Origin: an uncultured Methanosarcinales archaeon
Lineage (GTDB): Archaea > Nanobdellota > Nanobdellia > Woesearchaeales > GW2011-AR9
Assembly: GCA_964362365.1 (NCBI GenBank)
Contig: CAYIEF010000003.1
Location: 79-64,078, forward strand
Direction of reading: 5' to 3'
Length of the DNA stretch: 64,000 nt
Shown here: positions 39,567-48,502 of the stretch, one piece after another
How positions within the stretch are numbered: the first letter of the stretch is position 1
How the letters are laid out: each line of letters starts with the position of its first letter
Notes under the pieces: generated by a model
What the model saw: only the letters and a program-made list of their open reading frames with translations
Database searches by the model: none
What the model was told of the DNA's origin: nothing
Translations under genes and position numbers: made by a program

Positions 39567-40796
39567 ATGGCAGCACCTCGCGACTTGTGGAAGGAACTTT
39601 GCAGCCTGAAGAACCTTGAGATAGCTTTTAAGAATGCGCGCAAAGGAAAGACATTGAAGCCATATGTTATTGAATTTGAACAGCGCCTAAAAGAAAATCT
39701 TCAGCAGCTGAGAACAGAGCTTCTCCTTCATTGCTATAAGCCTAAACCCTTGCAAACGTTCATTCTCCGTGATCCAAAGACTCGGAAGATCAGCAAATCG
39801 CATTTTCGTGACAGAATAATTCATCATGCTCTATGTAATATTATCGAACCGCTGTTTGAAAAAAGTTTCATTTCTTTCCTGGGTCTGATACCCCGCTGCT
39901 CGCAGCGACATCGAATTGTAAACCGATGACCAGGAAAGATTAAAAATACCCCGCAGCTTGCTGCGGTTGGGATTTTTATTTACGATTCCTATGCTAACCG
40001 GAAGACCAAAGGGACATTGAAAGCAATTCAGCGTTTTGAGCATTTTACAGAGAAAATATCTAGGAACTTTATTCAACCAACATTAGTTCTGAAGGCAGAT
40101 GTCAGGAAGTATTTTGACCATGTTGACCACGTAATTTTACTGTCAATATTGAGAAGAAAGATAAAAGATCATAAAATAATCTGGCTGGTGAAGGCAATTC
40201 TATCCAACTATTCAACCGCAAATGGAAAAGGTATGCCCTTAGGAAATCTCACTTCTCAATTTTTCGCCAATGTGTATCTGAATGAGTTGGATCAATTCGT
40301 GAAAAAAGAACTGAAAGCAAAACAGTATATTAGATACGTTGATGATTTTGTGATTGTTCACAATTCAGAAGAAATGCTTCATAGTTATAAAGAAAAAATA
40401 GATGGTTTTCTTGCTAGGAGTTTAGCTTTAACGTTACATCCAGATAAATCAAGAATCATCAAAGTACATCATGGGGTTGAATTCTTAGGAGTGAAAATTT
40501 TTTGTTATCACAAATTGATCAAAAAGAAAAATTTACGAAAATGTAAGAAAAAATTTTCTGATTTATGCTCAAAATACAAAGAAAAAAAAGCGCAGTACGA
40601 TCAAATCTATGATTTTCTGGAAGGTTGGAACGCATATGTACATAATTCAAATACATATAAGTTCAAGAAAAGAATGATGCAAACAGTAGAAGAGACATTT
40701 CCTCACGAAATCTCAGCCAAAGAAGTGGATAGATTGCGAAAACATTCAAAAAAGAGAAGCGATTCTTTCACTCTTTCTTCTCCAACACATTTATAA
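39567..40796 (+). pseudogene. DGR reverse transcriptase interrupted by a 108-bp in-frame insertion
   Basis: FRDRIIHHAL, GMPLGNLTSQ, YIRYVDDF; removing 39874-39981 restores FEKSFIYDSYANRKTKGT and a 373-aa ORF. Confidence 0.9.
39874..39981 (-). mobile_element. 108-bp palindromic MITE-like insertion in the RT
   Basis: ATTT repeated at both junctions (39870-73, 39978-81); reverse complement shares motifs and layout with 22262-22389. Confidence 0.75.
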
Positions 40797-40818
40797 ATAA
40801 AACTTCAACTTAAAAGCT

Positions 40819-41598
40819 ATGTTCTACAAAAGGAAAGGATACCCGGAAGAAGAAGAGATCGTGCTCTGTAAAGTAAGCAAGATCTTTCCCAACTCCGTCT
40901 TCGTTGAACTGTTGGAATACGGCGAACAAGGGTTAGTCCACATTTCTGAGATCGCTCCGGGAAGGATCCGTAATTTGCGGGATTATGTGGTTGAGGGAAA
41001 GCAGATTGTCTGTAAGGTTCTGAGGATCGATCGTTCTAAAGGCCACATCGATCTGTCCTTGAGAAGAGTAAGCTCTCACCAGCGCCAAGCAAAATTGGAT
41101 GAAATAAAACAGGAATTAACTGCAGAAACGCTGATCCAGAATATGGCTAAGCGGATGCAAAAGCCAGCCGAAGAATTATATAAGCAGGTTACGGAAAAAA
41201 TATTCAAAGAATATTCTCATCTCTTTCTTTGTTTCAAGGAAGTAGCGGCAGGTGAAGCTAGCCTGGAAAAACTTGGACTGGAAAAGAAGTTATCAGAGAA
41301 TCTAACTGCAGCCATCATAGACCGATTCAAGCCTTCTAAAATAACTGTTAAAGGCGAAATCAAGATCCATTCTTATGCTTCGGATGGTGTAGAAAAGATT
41401 AAGGCTGTTTTATTGGAAGTAGAAAGAATCTCGCCTACTATCCATGTCTTTTACTTAGGCGGGGGCAGATTTAAAGTGAGCATCGAAGATATCGATTACA
41501 AGCCGGCAGAGCAGACTATGCGCAAAGTGCAGGAAGTACTAGAGAAGTTTAACGATAAAGTTTCCACTGCAGTGTTTGAACGAGAGAAAAGCGAATAA
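40819..41598 (+). CDS. eif2a: translation initiation factor 2 alpha subunit
   Basis: S1 domain, HISEIAPGRIRN, GHIDLSLRRV. Confidence 0.93.
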   Translation: MFYKRKGYPEEEEIVLCKVSKIFPNSVFVELLEYGEQGLVHISEIAPGRIRNLRDYVVEGKQIVCKVLRIDRSKGHIDLSLRRVSSHQRQAKLDEIKQELTAETLIQNMAKRMQKPAEELYKQVTEKIFKEYSHLFLCFKEVAAGEASLEKLGLEKKLSENLTAAIIDRFKPSKITVKGEIKIHSYASDGVEKIKAVLLEVERISPTIHVFYLGGGRFKVSIEDIDYKPAEQTMRKVQEVLEKFNDKVSTAVFEREKSE

Positions 41599-41616
41599 AT
41601 TCATGGTTATAAGAAA

Positions 41617-41796
41617 ATGGCCGAGCATATTCGAAAGTGTGTTGATGATCAACGTTATACCCTTGAACAAAAATGTCCATCTTGCGGAAAGGAAACCATT
41701 CTGCCCCGGCCGCCTAAATTTTCTCTTGAAGACAAGTACGCTTCCTTACGCCGTGAATCAAAGAAAGATGAATTAAAAGGGAAAGGTTTTTTCTGA
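41617..41796 (+). CDS. nop10: H/ACA RNP protein Nop10 (not in the ORF track)
   Basis: Hand-translated IRKC..YTL..CPSCG..PPKFSLEDKY..RR; conserved position after aIF2-alpha. Confidence 0.9.
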   Translation: MAEHIRKCVDDQRYTLEQKCPSCGKETILPRPPKFSLEDKYASLRRESKKDELKGKGFF

Positions 41797-41833
41797 ATTA
41801 TTTTTTTGTAAAAATTCTTACTAACATAGAAGC

Positions 41834-42631
41834 CTAATGCAATACAAAGGTCAACAAATCGCCGTTGTCATACAATCCTTTGACTTCTCCTTCCATAAGG
41901 AGCGTGGAAGAATTAGAATACTTCTTGTCAATAATAACTGCTCCTTTAAAGTACAGCATTTTTAGCTCTTCCTCTTCTAAGGTGTAGCGTAACTTTTCTC
42001 CTACTCGCAATTCACCGCTTCCCTGTGGAAGGTCAAGATCCTTTAATTCGATATTCAGCAACTGCAGATGTTTGTAATTCAAGCCTTGGAAGGAGATTGG
42101 AAGCGCTTTTTCGGAAGAGAAGGCGATATCGTTAGCTTCGATGCTTTTCACAGTGCCGGAAAGAGAGATGGCCGAAGCATCTACCTCGACCTTACCCACA
42201 AAATCTTTAATGGACAGAGTTACTTCTTTTAGATTCTTAAGCTCCAACTTATCACCATTAACAGTAATAGTGGTAGAAAGATCGTCAAATTCTAGGCTGA
42301 CTCCTTCTACGGTAGCATTCTTTTCCAAAGCGGGAATTCTATCAAAAGAAAGCGAAATAGGAATACTGCGGTAATTTTTGACCTTGTTTCCCTCCCCGAC
42401 CAATTGGTTAAGTTCCTGCTCGATGTCTGGTTCAGGCTCTTCTTCTTGAAGACCTAAACCTTGAGTCGCATTCTCTGAATATCCAACGATAGCGCTGATT
42501 AGGCTGTTGTTTGTATCATGATTCTCATTGGAGTAAAGTAAGAAAAATAACCCTCCCAGCACTAGCGTTACCATAAAAATATAAAACCGCAGGTGGGACC
42601 TATGCCCTTGAGGAGCTCCTTGATTAAACAT
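41834..42631 (-). CDS. hypothetical membrane-anchored protein
   Basis: N-terminal TM; ATG at 42631 with GTGGT RBS-like sequence. Confidence 0.65.
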   Translation of the reverse strand: MFNQGAPQGHRSHLRFYIFMVTLVLGGLFFLLYSNENHDTNNSLISAIVGYSENATQGLGLQEEEPEPDIEQELNQLVGEGNKVKNYRSIPISLSFDRIPALEKNATVEGVSLEFDDLSTTITVNGDKLELKNLKEVTLSIKDFVGKVEVDASAISLSGTVKSIEANDIAFSSEKALPISFQGLNYKHLQLLNIELKDLDLPQGSGELRVGEKLRYTLEEEELKMLYFKGAVIIDKKYSNSSTLLMEGEVKGLYDNGDLLTFVLH

Positions 42632-42724
42632 ATAACCACTTCTTTTAGTATTTATGTATTCCAAACCATCAGCTTTAATAAACTTTTTGGTTATAGAATT
42701 ATACTGATTTTTGACAGTCACGTC

Positions 42725-42868
42725 AGCGCCATCGTAGCGTGCGGCGAGTCGGGGGATGCATTCCGAACGAGTGAGGAATGTTCCGAAAACCACGCAGGGG
42801 TTTTCGATATCCCATACGGGGTGGCTCGTAGGTTGCGTAGCAACCGTCGCACCGCCTTTGATGGCGCT
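42725..42868. ncRNA. GC-rich multi-stem element (ncRNA or MITE)
   Basis: Closing stem AGCGCCATC/GATGGCGCT, nested helices, hairpins CATTCC..GGAATG, CGAAAACC..GGTTTTCG, GGTTGC-GTA-GCAACC. Confidence 0.55.
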
Positions 42869-42922
42869 CTTTTTCAAAATAGATTGTGCAAAATTTATAT
42901 ACCAGTTAAACAACAAAAACCT

Positions 42923-43723
42923 ATGCCGGAACTGCCGGAAGTGGAAACCATCGTACGCCAATTGCAGAAAAAAGTAGTTGGAAAAATGATTAATACAGCC
43001 GAAGTATATGATAGCATGGTGGACTCGAAAATTAAAAGTCTTCCCGTTGTTTCTATCCAGAAAGTATGGCGCCGGGCTAAATACATAGTGATGGAATTGC
43101 ATAACGGCAATTTTATTCTAACGCATCTAGGCATGACCGGGCATTTCCACTTTGTAGATAAAAAACACATCCCTCACAACCATGAACGATTCATGGTTGC
43201 AAAATTCACCTTCTCTGACGGCTCTTTTCTAACCCATAATTCTATCCGTAAATTCGGCCATATGAGATTAGTAAACAAAAAACAATTACAACAAATAATG
43301 GATAAACACGGTCCAGAGCCATTAGAAAAGAGCTTTACCCTGCAGCAGTTTCAGGGAATTCTGGCTAAGAAAGCGCGTTCAAATATCAAGGCCATGCTCA
43401 TGGACCAGCCAGTAATCGCCGGGATAGGCAATATCTACGCCCAAGAAGCATTGTATTTCGCGAAAATCTCTCCATTGCGCCAGGCAGGTTCTTTATCAGG
43501 GGATGAAAGCAAGGCTTTATACACAGAAATCCGCAGGATCCTGCAGGATGCTATTACCCATCACGGTTCTACGGTCGACAATTACAGTAATTTAGAAGGC
43601 AGCGGCGGTTTTCAGAGCTATCTGGCAGTGTACCAGCAAGAAAAATGTCAACAGAAGCATCCTTTGGAGAAAATAACTATCGGAGGAAGGGGGACAAGTT
43701 ACTGTTCTACTTGCCAAAAGTAA
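42923..43723 (+). CDS. mutM: formamidopyrimidine-DNA glycosylase
   Basis: MPELPEVET, HLGMTG, RKFG, AGIGNIYA.E, C-terminal zinc finger. Confidence 0.93.
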   Translation: MPELPEVETIVRQLQKKVVGKMINTAEVYDSMVDSKIKSLPVVSIQKVWRRAKYIVMELHNGNFILTHLGMTGHFHFVDKKHIPHNHERFMVAKFTFSDGSFLTHNSIRKFGHMRLVNKKQLQQIMDKHGPEPLEKSFTLQQFQGILAKKARSNIKAMLMDQPVIAGIGNIYAQEALYFAKISPLRQAGSLSGDESKALYTEIRRILQDAITHHGSTVDNYSNLEGSGGFQSYLAVYQQEKCQQKHPLEKITIGGRGTSYCSTCQK

Positions 43724-43727
43724 AAAA

Positions 43728-43985
43728 ATGGTGTTTGAAAAAATATTTCAGAAACTGAAAGAAGCTGCTACGGAAAAGAATAACCAGAAGTACTCAAATC
43801 GTTTTCTCAAATTCTATCATCATAACCAGGATAGATTATTAAAGGAGAGAAAATCTTTGTATTACGAGAAGAAGAAAAACGGCATTTGCGTCCGCTGCAG
43901 CAGAAAAGTCCAGGAAGGAATTATTTTTTGCGACTATCACCAGCAGAAGCAGATAGGATATAATAAGCAGGCGAGGATAAGATGA
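43728..43985 (+). CDS. hypothetical zinc-finger protein
   Basis: GICVRC..FCDYH. Confidence 0.65.
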   Translation: MVFEKIFQKLKEAATEKNNQKYSNRFLKFYHHNQDRLLKERKSLYYEKKKNGICVRCSRKVQEGIIFCDYHQQKQIGYNKQARIR

Positions 43986-43995
43986 AGGATTAAGT

Positions 43996-44985
43996 TGTCG
44001 TGTCCTAATATTATTTCGTTTTAGCTTCATTTTCGACCCTCCTCCAAAACAGGCTTAACAGGTTTGGTAACTTTCGTATGAATGCCGTGTTTGGCGTTTC
44101 ATACGTTTCTATATCCAAAGCTGTCGTTAGCCTGTTATTGTGCCAGTCAATCCATTCTTGGAGTGTAGCAAAGCGTTTTCTATGTTTATCATACTCCTGC
44201 CATCGCCTTTCTACCTTACCATTTGTCTGCGGGTTCTTAATTCGTGAAGGGATTACTTTTATGTCCTTGCTCTCACAATATTGCTGGAATTTGCTTGTTC
44301 CTTCTTCCTTATTGCTGACAAAGGCCGAGCCTCGGTCAGTATTGACTTGCTCTATTTTGCAATCAAATTCAGCCAGCTTTTGTTCAGCAATTTTGAATGT
44401 AGCTATGGCATTTTCAGCATTAGGGCTATCAAACTCCCCGCCAGATAGTATCCGACGGCAAGCATCATCCAGCCAAAAGATACAGTGGGGGTCATTTTCT
44501 GTGGTTCTGTGATAATCGGCATGAACCAGCGAGCCGGTATGCTGCCGTTCATATCTACACCGTTTTCTCTTCTTTTTCTTGTTTGGTTCATCCCGAACCC
44601 AGCCTTTGCTTTTCATAAACAAGTAAATCTTGTTCTTTGAGACAGAAGTTCCCTGTCTTTTCAGCTCATAATAGAGCATCCTCGGGGTTAGCCTGGATTC
44701 CAAGTAGGCTTTCTCTATGGCTTGCTCCTGCTCCAAAGATAGGCTTGTTTTAGGCCTCCTTACGGGGTTAAGTTCCGGATATTTTTTAGTTTTTCCGTAA
44801 TCTTTTACGAGCTGTTGGACTCTCCGTTCCGAGATTCCATACACTGAAGCTACTTCTTTTGGCTTTTTCTGATGTTTGGCCACTTGATCCACCAACCATT
44901 TAATCCTCTTTTTGTTTAGCTTAGTCATGCCCAAAAGGGCATCCAAGCTTATAAATGGTTGGCGAAATAATTTCCGGACACGACA
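43996..44985 (-). mobile_element. IS481-family insertion sequence (990 bp)
   Basis: TGT..ACA ends, 23-bp TIR (20/23), 15-bp TSD GATGAAGGATTAAGT at 43981-95 and 44986-45000. Confidence 0.92.
44011..44928 (-). CDS. IS481-family DDE transposase
   Basis: HTH, RYER, HAD, TDRG, PQTNGKVER. Confidence 0.92.
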   Translation of the reverse strand: MTKLNKKRIKWLVDQVAKHQKKPKEVASVYGISERRVQQLVKDYGKTKKYPELNPVRRPKTSLSLEQEQAIEKAYLESRLTPRMLYYELKRQGTSVSKNKIYLFMKSKGWVRDEPNKKKKRKRCRYERQHTGSLVHADYHRTTENDPHCIFWLDDACRRILSGGEFDSPNAENAIATFKIAEQKLAEFDCKIEQVNTDRGSAFVSNKEEGTSKFQQYCESKDIKVIPSRIKNPQTNGKVERRWQEYDKHRKRFATLQEWIDWHNNRLTTALDIETYETPNTAFIRKLPNLLSLFWRRVENEAKTK

Positions 44986-45059
44986 GATGAAGGATTAAGT
45001 AGGAAAATTTATATATAAAAGCTATTTTAATATTAACACTAATTTTAATCAACTGGACA

Positions 45060-45335
45060 ATGGAAGTTTCAATAACAAAAATATCGGAGAATGGACAAGT
45101 AGTTATCCCGGCTGAAGTGCGAAGGGATGCTGGAATAAAGCCGTCTACCAAGTTTTTGGTTTTTAATGAAGGCGGAAACATTCTGCTAAAAAAAATTAGA
45201 AAAGAGGCTTTGGCCAGAGATATCCATCTACTGGAAATGATAGAGCGGAGCGAGGAACAGGTCAGAGCAGGAAAATTTGTTAAGGCAGATACTTCTATGA
45301 GCGATGAAGAGATAGATGATTTAATGATGTCGTGA
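45060..45335 (+). CDS. AbrB/MazE-type antitoxin
   Basis: KISENGQVVIPAEVR. Confidence 0.88.
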   Translation: MEVSITKISENGQVVIPAEVRRDAGIKPSTKFLVFNEGGNILLKKIRKEALARDIHLLEMIERSEEQVRAGKFVKADTSMSDEEIDDLMMS

Positions 45336-45341
45336 AGTTGG

Positions 45342-45588
45342 ATGGAAATAATTTTTTCGGAAGATTTTAAGAAAGATTTTCAGAAGATTAAAGATAAGAC
45401 GACTCGCGTGAGGATCATCAAGCAGCTCAAGAATACTTGCTGAGATGCCAGAAGCAGGAAAACCCCTAAAATATGAATGGAAAAATCATCGTAGTGTAAG
45501 AGTTCCGCCGTTTAGGATCATTTATAGGCTCGAGAGTGCGAAGATTATTATCAACTGTTTTGATCATCGCGGAGAGGTGTACGATTAG
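45342..45588 (+). pseudogene. RelE/ParE toxin with a 1-nt frameshift
   Basis: MEIIFSEDFKKDF..., shift near 45430, then PEAGKPLKY..RSVRV.PFRIIY..FDHRGEVYD*. Confidence 0.8.
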
Positions 45589-45593
45589 TTAAA

Positions 45594-45728
45594 ATGAAAC
45601 CAAAAAATTCTTTAGAGAAGTACAGAAAAAAGAACAAGAAAAAGAAAGAAGATAAATGGGAGATCGATCCTGAGTCGGATTACCCTGTCCATGAGAAATA
45701 TACGAAGGAAGAGCCGGTGAAAGAGTAA
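45594..45728 (+). CDS. hypothetical 44-aa protein
   Basis: Hand-translated ORF 5 nt after relE. Confidence 0.35.
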   Translation: MKPKNSLEKYRKKNKKKKEDKWEIDPESDYPVHEKYTKEEPVKE

Positions 45729-45739
45729 TTTGAATAATT

Positions 45740-46510
45740 TTATTTCAATTCCTTAACCTTGCCAAAGAAAAATACTTCTTTCTCTCCCACCACATACACT
45801 TCAAACTTACCAATATCTTTCAAGAACGGACTCAGTAATTGTTCTTTCAGTACATCTGTGCCTTCTAACAGCGGATTGAAGCTGGGCACGGCAATTAATT
45901 CCTTCTCTGTATTCCTTCTCTTTTTTCCCTTGCTTTCCTTTCCACCTGGTCCTGTTCTCTTTTGCTTCCATGTTCCCTTCAAAAAACATTTGTATTTTTC
46001 CCACTTGCTGCCTTCGCGGATGGTGATGGCCGGATGCTCATGTCCGATGACAATTCTGTTTGCATTTGTTTCTACCAGCTCGTCTCCGTGAACAATTAAG
46101 GTATCGCCAATCTTGTACTCATCCACAACCACCATTCCTTTTTTGTCTGCAATCGGCTTAATGATGGGGTCATGATTTCCTTTGATGATAATCACTTCAG
46201 AAACATTTCGCAGCAAAAGATCCAAAAACTCTAACACTTCTCTCCATTCCTGATGCAAGACTTTGCCGAATTCATGTTTCAAATCCCCATTGATGATAAC
46301 TTTTGCCGGTTTTGTTTTTTCCAAAATAGCCTTTAGCTTATTCATAATCTGTTCTAATTGGAATCTGGGGACAAGAATACCTTTCCGATGCAGTGCTTCT
46401 TCGTAACCGATATGCAGATCGTTGATGATTAGCACTTTTTCTGTTTCAAACCATAACGCCGTGTCCACGATTCTTATTCCTTTTGAGATATTCATTATAG
46501 TCTTTTTCAT
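45740..46510 (-). CDS. calcineurin-like metallophosphoesterase
   Basis: DLHIG, NGDLKH, GNHD, HGD, GHEHP, PSFN. Confidence 0.9.
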   Translation of the reverse strand: MKKTIMNISKGIRIVDTALWFETEKVLIINDLHIGYEEALHRKGILVPRFQLEQIMNKLKAILEKTKPAKVIINGDLKHEFGKVLHQEWREVLEFLDLLLRNVSEVIIIKGNHDPIIKPIADKKGMVVVDEYKIGDTLIVHGDELVETNANRIVIGHEHPAITIREGSKWEKYKCFLKGTWKQKRTGPGGKESKGKKRRNTEKELIAVPSFNPLLEGTDVLKEQLLSPFLKDIGKFEVYVVGEKEVFFFGKVKELK

Positions 46511-46552
46511 GAAGAAATATTTATAAATCAATTGGCTCACAAATCAGTTTAT

Positions 46553-46642
46553 GCCCCAGTGGCTCAGCGGCTAGAGCGGATGGCTGTTATTCCTAAAGGA
46601 AGAGTTACCATCAGATCGTCGGTTCGAATCCGACCTGGGGCG
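46553..46642 (+). tRNA. tRNA-Asn(GTT) with a 17-nt intron at 37/38 (46590-46606)
   Basis: Complete cloverleaf, G73, relaxed BHB. Confidence 0.93.
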
Positions 46643-46646
46643 CTTT

Positions 46647-46907
46647 TTATATTTTCAATCCAGTCTCGTAAATTCTTTCAGCGATCTTTCTCATCAGATC
46701 CAGATCCTGGCAGTTCTTAAACAACAATTCCCCGTATCCATGTACAACTACTTCCACCCCATCGACCTTGAGAACTAACAAGATCGGCGTTTCCAAAACC
46801 GTTTCAAATTTCTGTTTGATCTTCTGTAGATCAAAGTGCTGTTGTTTTTTAAGTTTAGCCGAATACGCTGCTTTGGTCTTGCATTTCTCTAAGGTGAAGT
46901 CGATCAT
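46647..46907 (-). CDS. hypothetical protein
   Basis: 86-aa ORF with upstream TATA. Confidence 0.65.
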   Translation of the reverse strand: MIDFTLEKCKTKAAYSAKLKKQQHFDLQKIKQKFETVLETPILLVLKVDGVEVVVHGYGELLFKNCQDLDLMRKIAERIYETGLKI

Positions 46908-46976
46908 GTATACTAAATTTGTTGTTTTTATATAAAATTAATCTGTTTGATAATGATTTTTAGAATTTAGTATTAA

Positions 46977-47088
46977 GATAACAACAAATGACGCTCGGCG
47001 AAGCGGGGGTAGCCCCATCCGGGGTGCTGAGCAGGACAGGGCGAACGAAGTGAGAACTGGCCGTCGAGCCGTCATCATTGTTGTTATC
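46977..47088. repeat. IR-bounded palindromic element (MITE or ncRNA)
   Basis: GATAACAACAA-ATGACG-CTCG / CGAG-C-CGTCAT-CA-TTGTTGTTATC; shares CGAACGA(A)GTGAG with the 42725 element. Confidence 0.6.
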
Positions 47089-47195
47089 AAAAAATAAAAA
47101 ATTTAAGAATAATATTTAGTGACCGAATGATTTATATACATAAATGTATTTTCAAGTAGTAATCATTACAGTCATTATTAGAGGTGAATAGCAGA

Positions 47196-47597
47196 ATGGT
47201 TCAAAAAAAAGGAGGAGCTAGCTTCGCCAGCCAAGGCGGAGTCGAATTGCACCGGTTAGCTCATTATGCATTCTTTGTGGGTATTGCGTTAGCATTAGTT
47301 GTCGGTATTTTTCATAGAGTTTTCGATTCGCTATTAGGCACAGAAGCATCCCGTGTTTATGTTACAACTTTCGTGCTTTTAGGAACATTGGTGGGATTGT
47401 TTAATCTAACTGTCAAAGAAACTACGCCTTTCCTGACTGCGGCAGTAGCATTGATGTTAGCAGGGATCGTCAACCTTAATCTCGTTTACGGCGTGGGTGA
47501 CATCTTACGGCCAAGCTTAAGCAACATTGTAGTCTTTGTTGTTCCTGGCGCAATAATCGTGGGGATGAAAGCGATCTGGCGCTTAGCTTCAGATTAA
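47196..47597 (+). CDS. hypothetical 4-TM membrane protein
   Basis: Hydrophobic; GLFNLT.KE..FL; GAGGTGA RBS. Confidence 0.7.
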   Translation: MVQKKGGASFASQGGVELHRLAHYAFFVGIALALVVGIFHRVFDSLLGTEASRVYVTTFVLLGTLVGLFNLTVKETTPFLTAAVALMLAGIVNLNLVYGVGDILRPSLSNIVVFVVPGAIIVGMKAIWRLASD

Positions 47598-47675
47598 ATT
47601 CTTTACATTTTCTTTCCTTCTTTTTCTGGTTAGCAGTTATTCACTTTTATCAATAAAAATATCCAAAAATAATAA

Positions 47676-47795
47676 AGAGAACTTTGCATAATTGATCTTT
47701 TCTTGGCAAAGTTCTCTAAGAGACTTTGAAATGGGCGTAATTTTCGCACTGAACATGACTTACTATGCGAAAATTCCTTTTTTTCAAAGTTCTCT
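47676..47795. repeat. tandem hairpins built from an AGAGAACTTTG unit
   Basis: 47676-87/47706-17 and 47719-31/47782-95, plus inner AATTTTCGCA/TGCGAAAATT. Confidence 0.5.
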
Positions 47796-47837
47796 AAAGA
47801 GAATAATTCATAAAAGAATTTTTAAGAAAAACCAAAT

Positions 47838-48422
47838 CTAAACTGTCTTTAAGTCAGCTTGGATAGCTCTCACTTTCTCAATCTTCTGATCTATGTCTAC
47901 TATTTTATCCTTGGCTAAAGATTTCTTCTTGGTAAGGTTAGCTTCTTTTTTCATAAGCTCGGAAATCTGCGTTCGTAAGGATATCTCTTTGGTTTGAGTA
48001 GAACCTAAATTATTAGAAAGCTCAGCCATCTTCGCTTCCAATTTTCTTCGAGAACTTCGTAAGCCCGACAACTCCCGATTTAAATCGCGTAACGCAGCAT
48101 CCAGAAGCGCACGTTCTTTATGCATCCACTTATGGGTGCTTCCTTCTCCTATTTTAGGAGATGGAACAGAAGGTTTGGCTCTTTTTTTATGCTTCTTCGC
48201 CTTCGGATGTTTTTTCATGACTCTCCTCTTTTTTGCTCTGCTCTTCCTTCGTATGGTCTTAAGAGCTTTTCCTTGACTCAATACTTGCATGAAAGAAGTG
48301 CTTGGCCGCGAGGGGGTAATGCTTACTTCTATATGTTGTTCCGGCAGAGGTTTGGAACCAACATCCTGCTCTTCATGGATAAGGACTGCTTTATTTCGCT
48401 TAAACCTATCCAAAAATCCCAT
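47838..48422 (-). CDS. hypothetical basic/coiled-coil protein
   Basis: K/R tract plus heptad repeats. Confidence 0.65.
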   Translation of the reverse strand: MGFLDRFKRNKAVLIHEEQDVGSKPLPEQHIEVSITPSRPSTSFMQVLSQGKALKTIRRKSRAKKRRVMKKHPKAKKHKKRAKPSVPSPKIGEGSTHKWMHKERALLDAALRDLNRELSGLRSSRRKLEAKMAELSNNLGSTQTKEISLRTQISELMKKEANLTKKKSLAKDKIVDIDQKIEKVRAIQADLKTV

Positions 48423-48502
48423 CTTGCCTTCACTTCTTTTCTGAAGAGATTAAACAGTAAGTCTTTATAAATTTTTTGTGGTCGCTATTTTCGAAAAAGA
48501 GC

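Noticed and set aside
10118..39929. UGA recoding suggested by three in-frame TGAs (10247-49, 13065-67, 39927-29)
   Set aside because: TGA ends conserved genes at their normal C-termini (both transketolase subunits, psmA, guaB, nop10), and Trp is TGG elsewhere. Independent nonsense events explain these cases.
39567..40796. Group II intron or retron RT
   Set aside because: The LGNLTSQ signature, small size and adjacent A-specific TR/VR identify it as a DGR RT.
42725..42868. SRP RNA or RNase P RNA
   Set aside because: No SRP helix-8 motif or complete P4 consensus was recognisable on either strand.
41834..43723. Long overlapping antisense ORFs 41834-43102 and 42593-43723
   Set aside because: The likely starts are 42631 and 42923 (MPELPEV). 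The extensions only read through the stop-poor GC-rich element.
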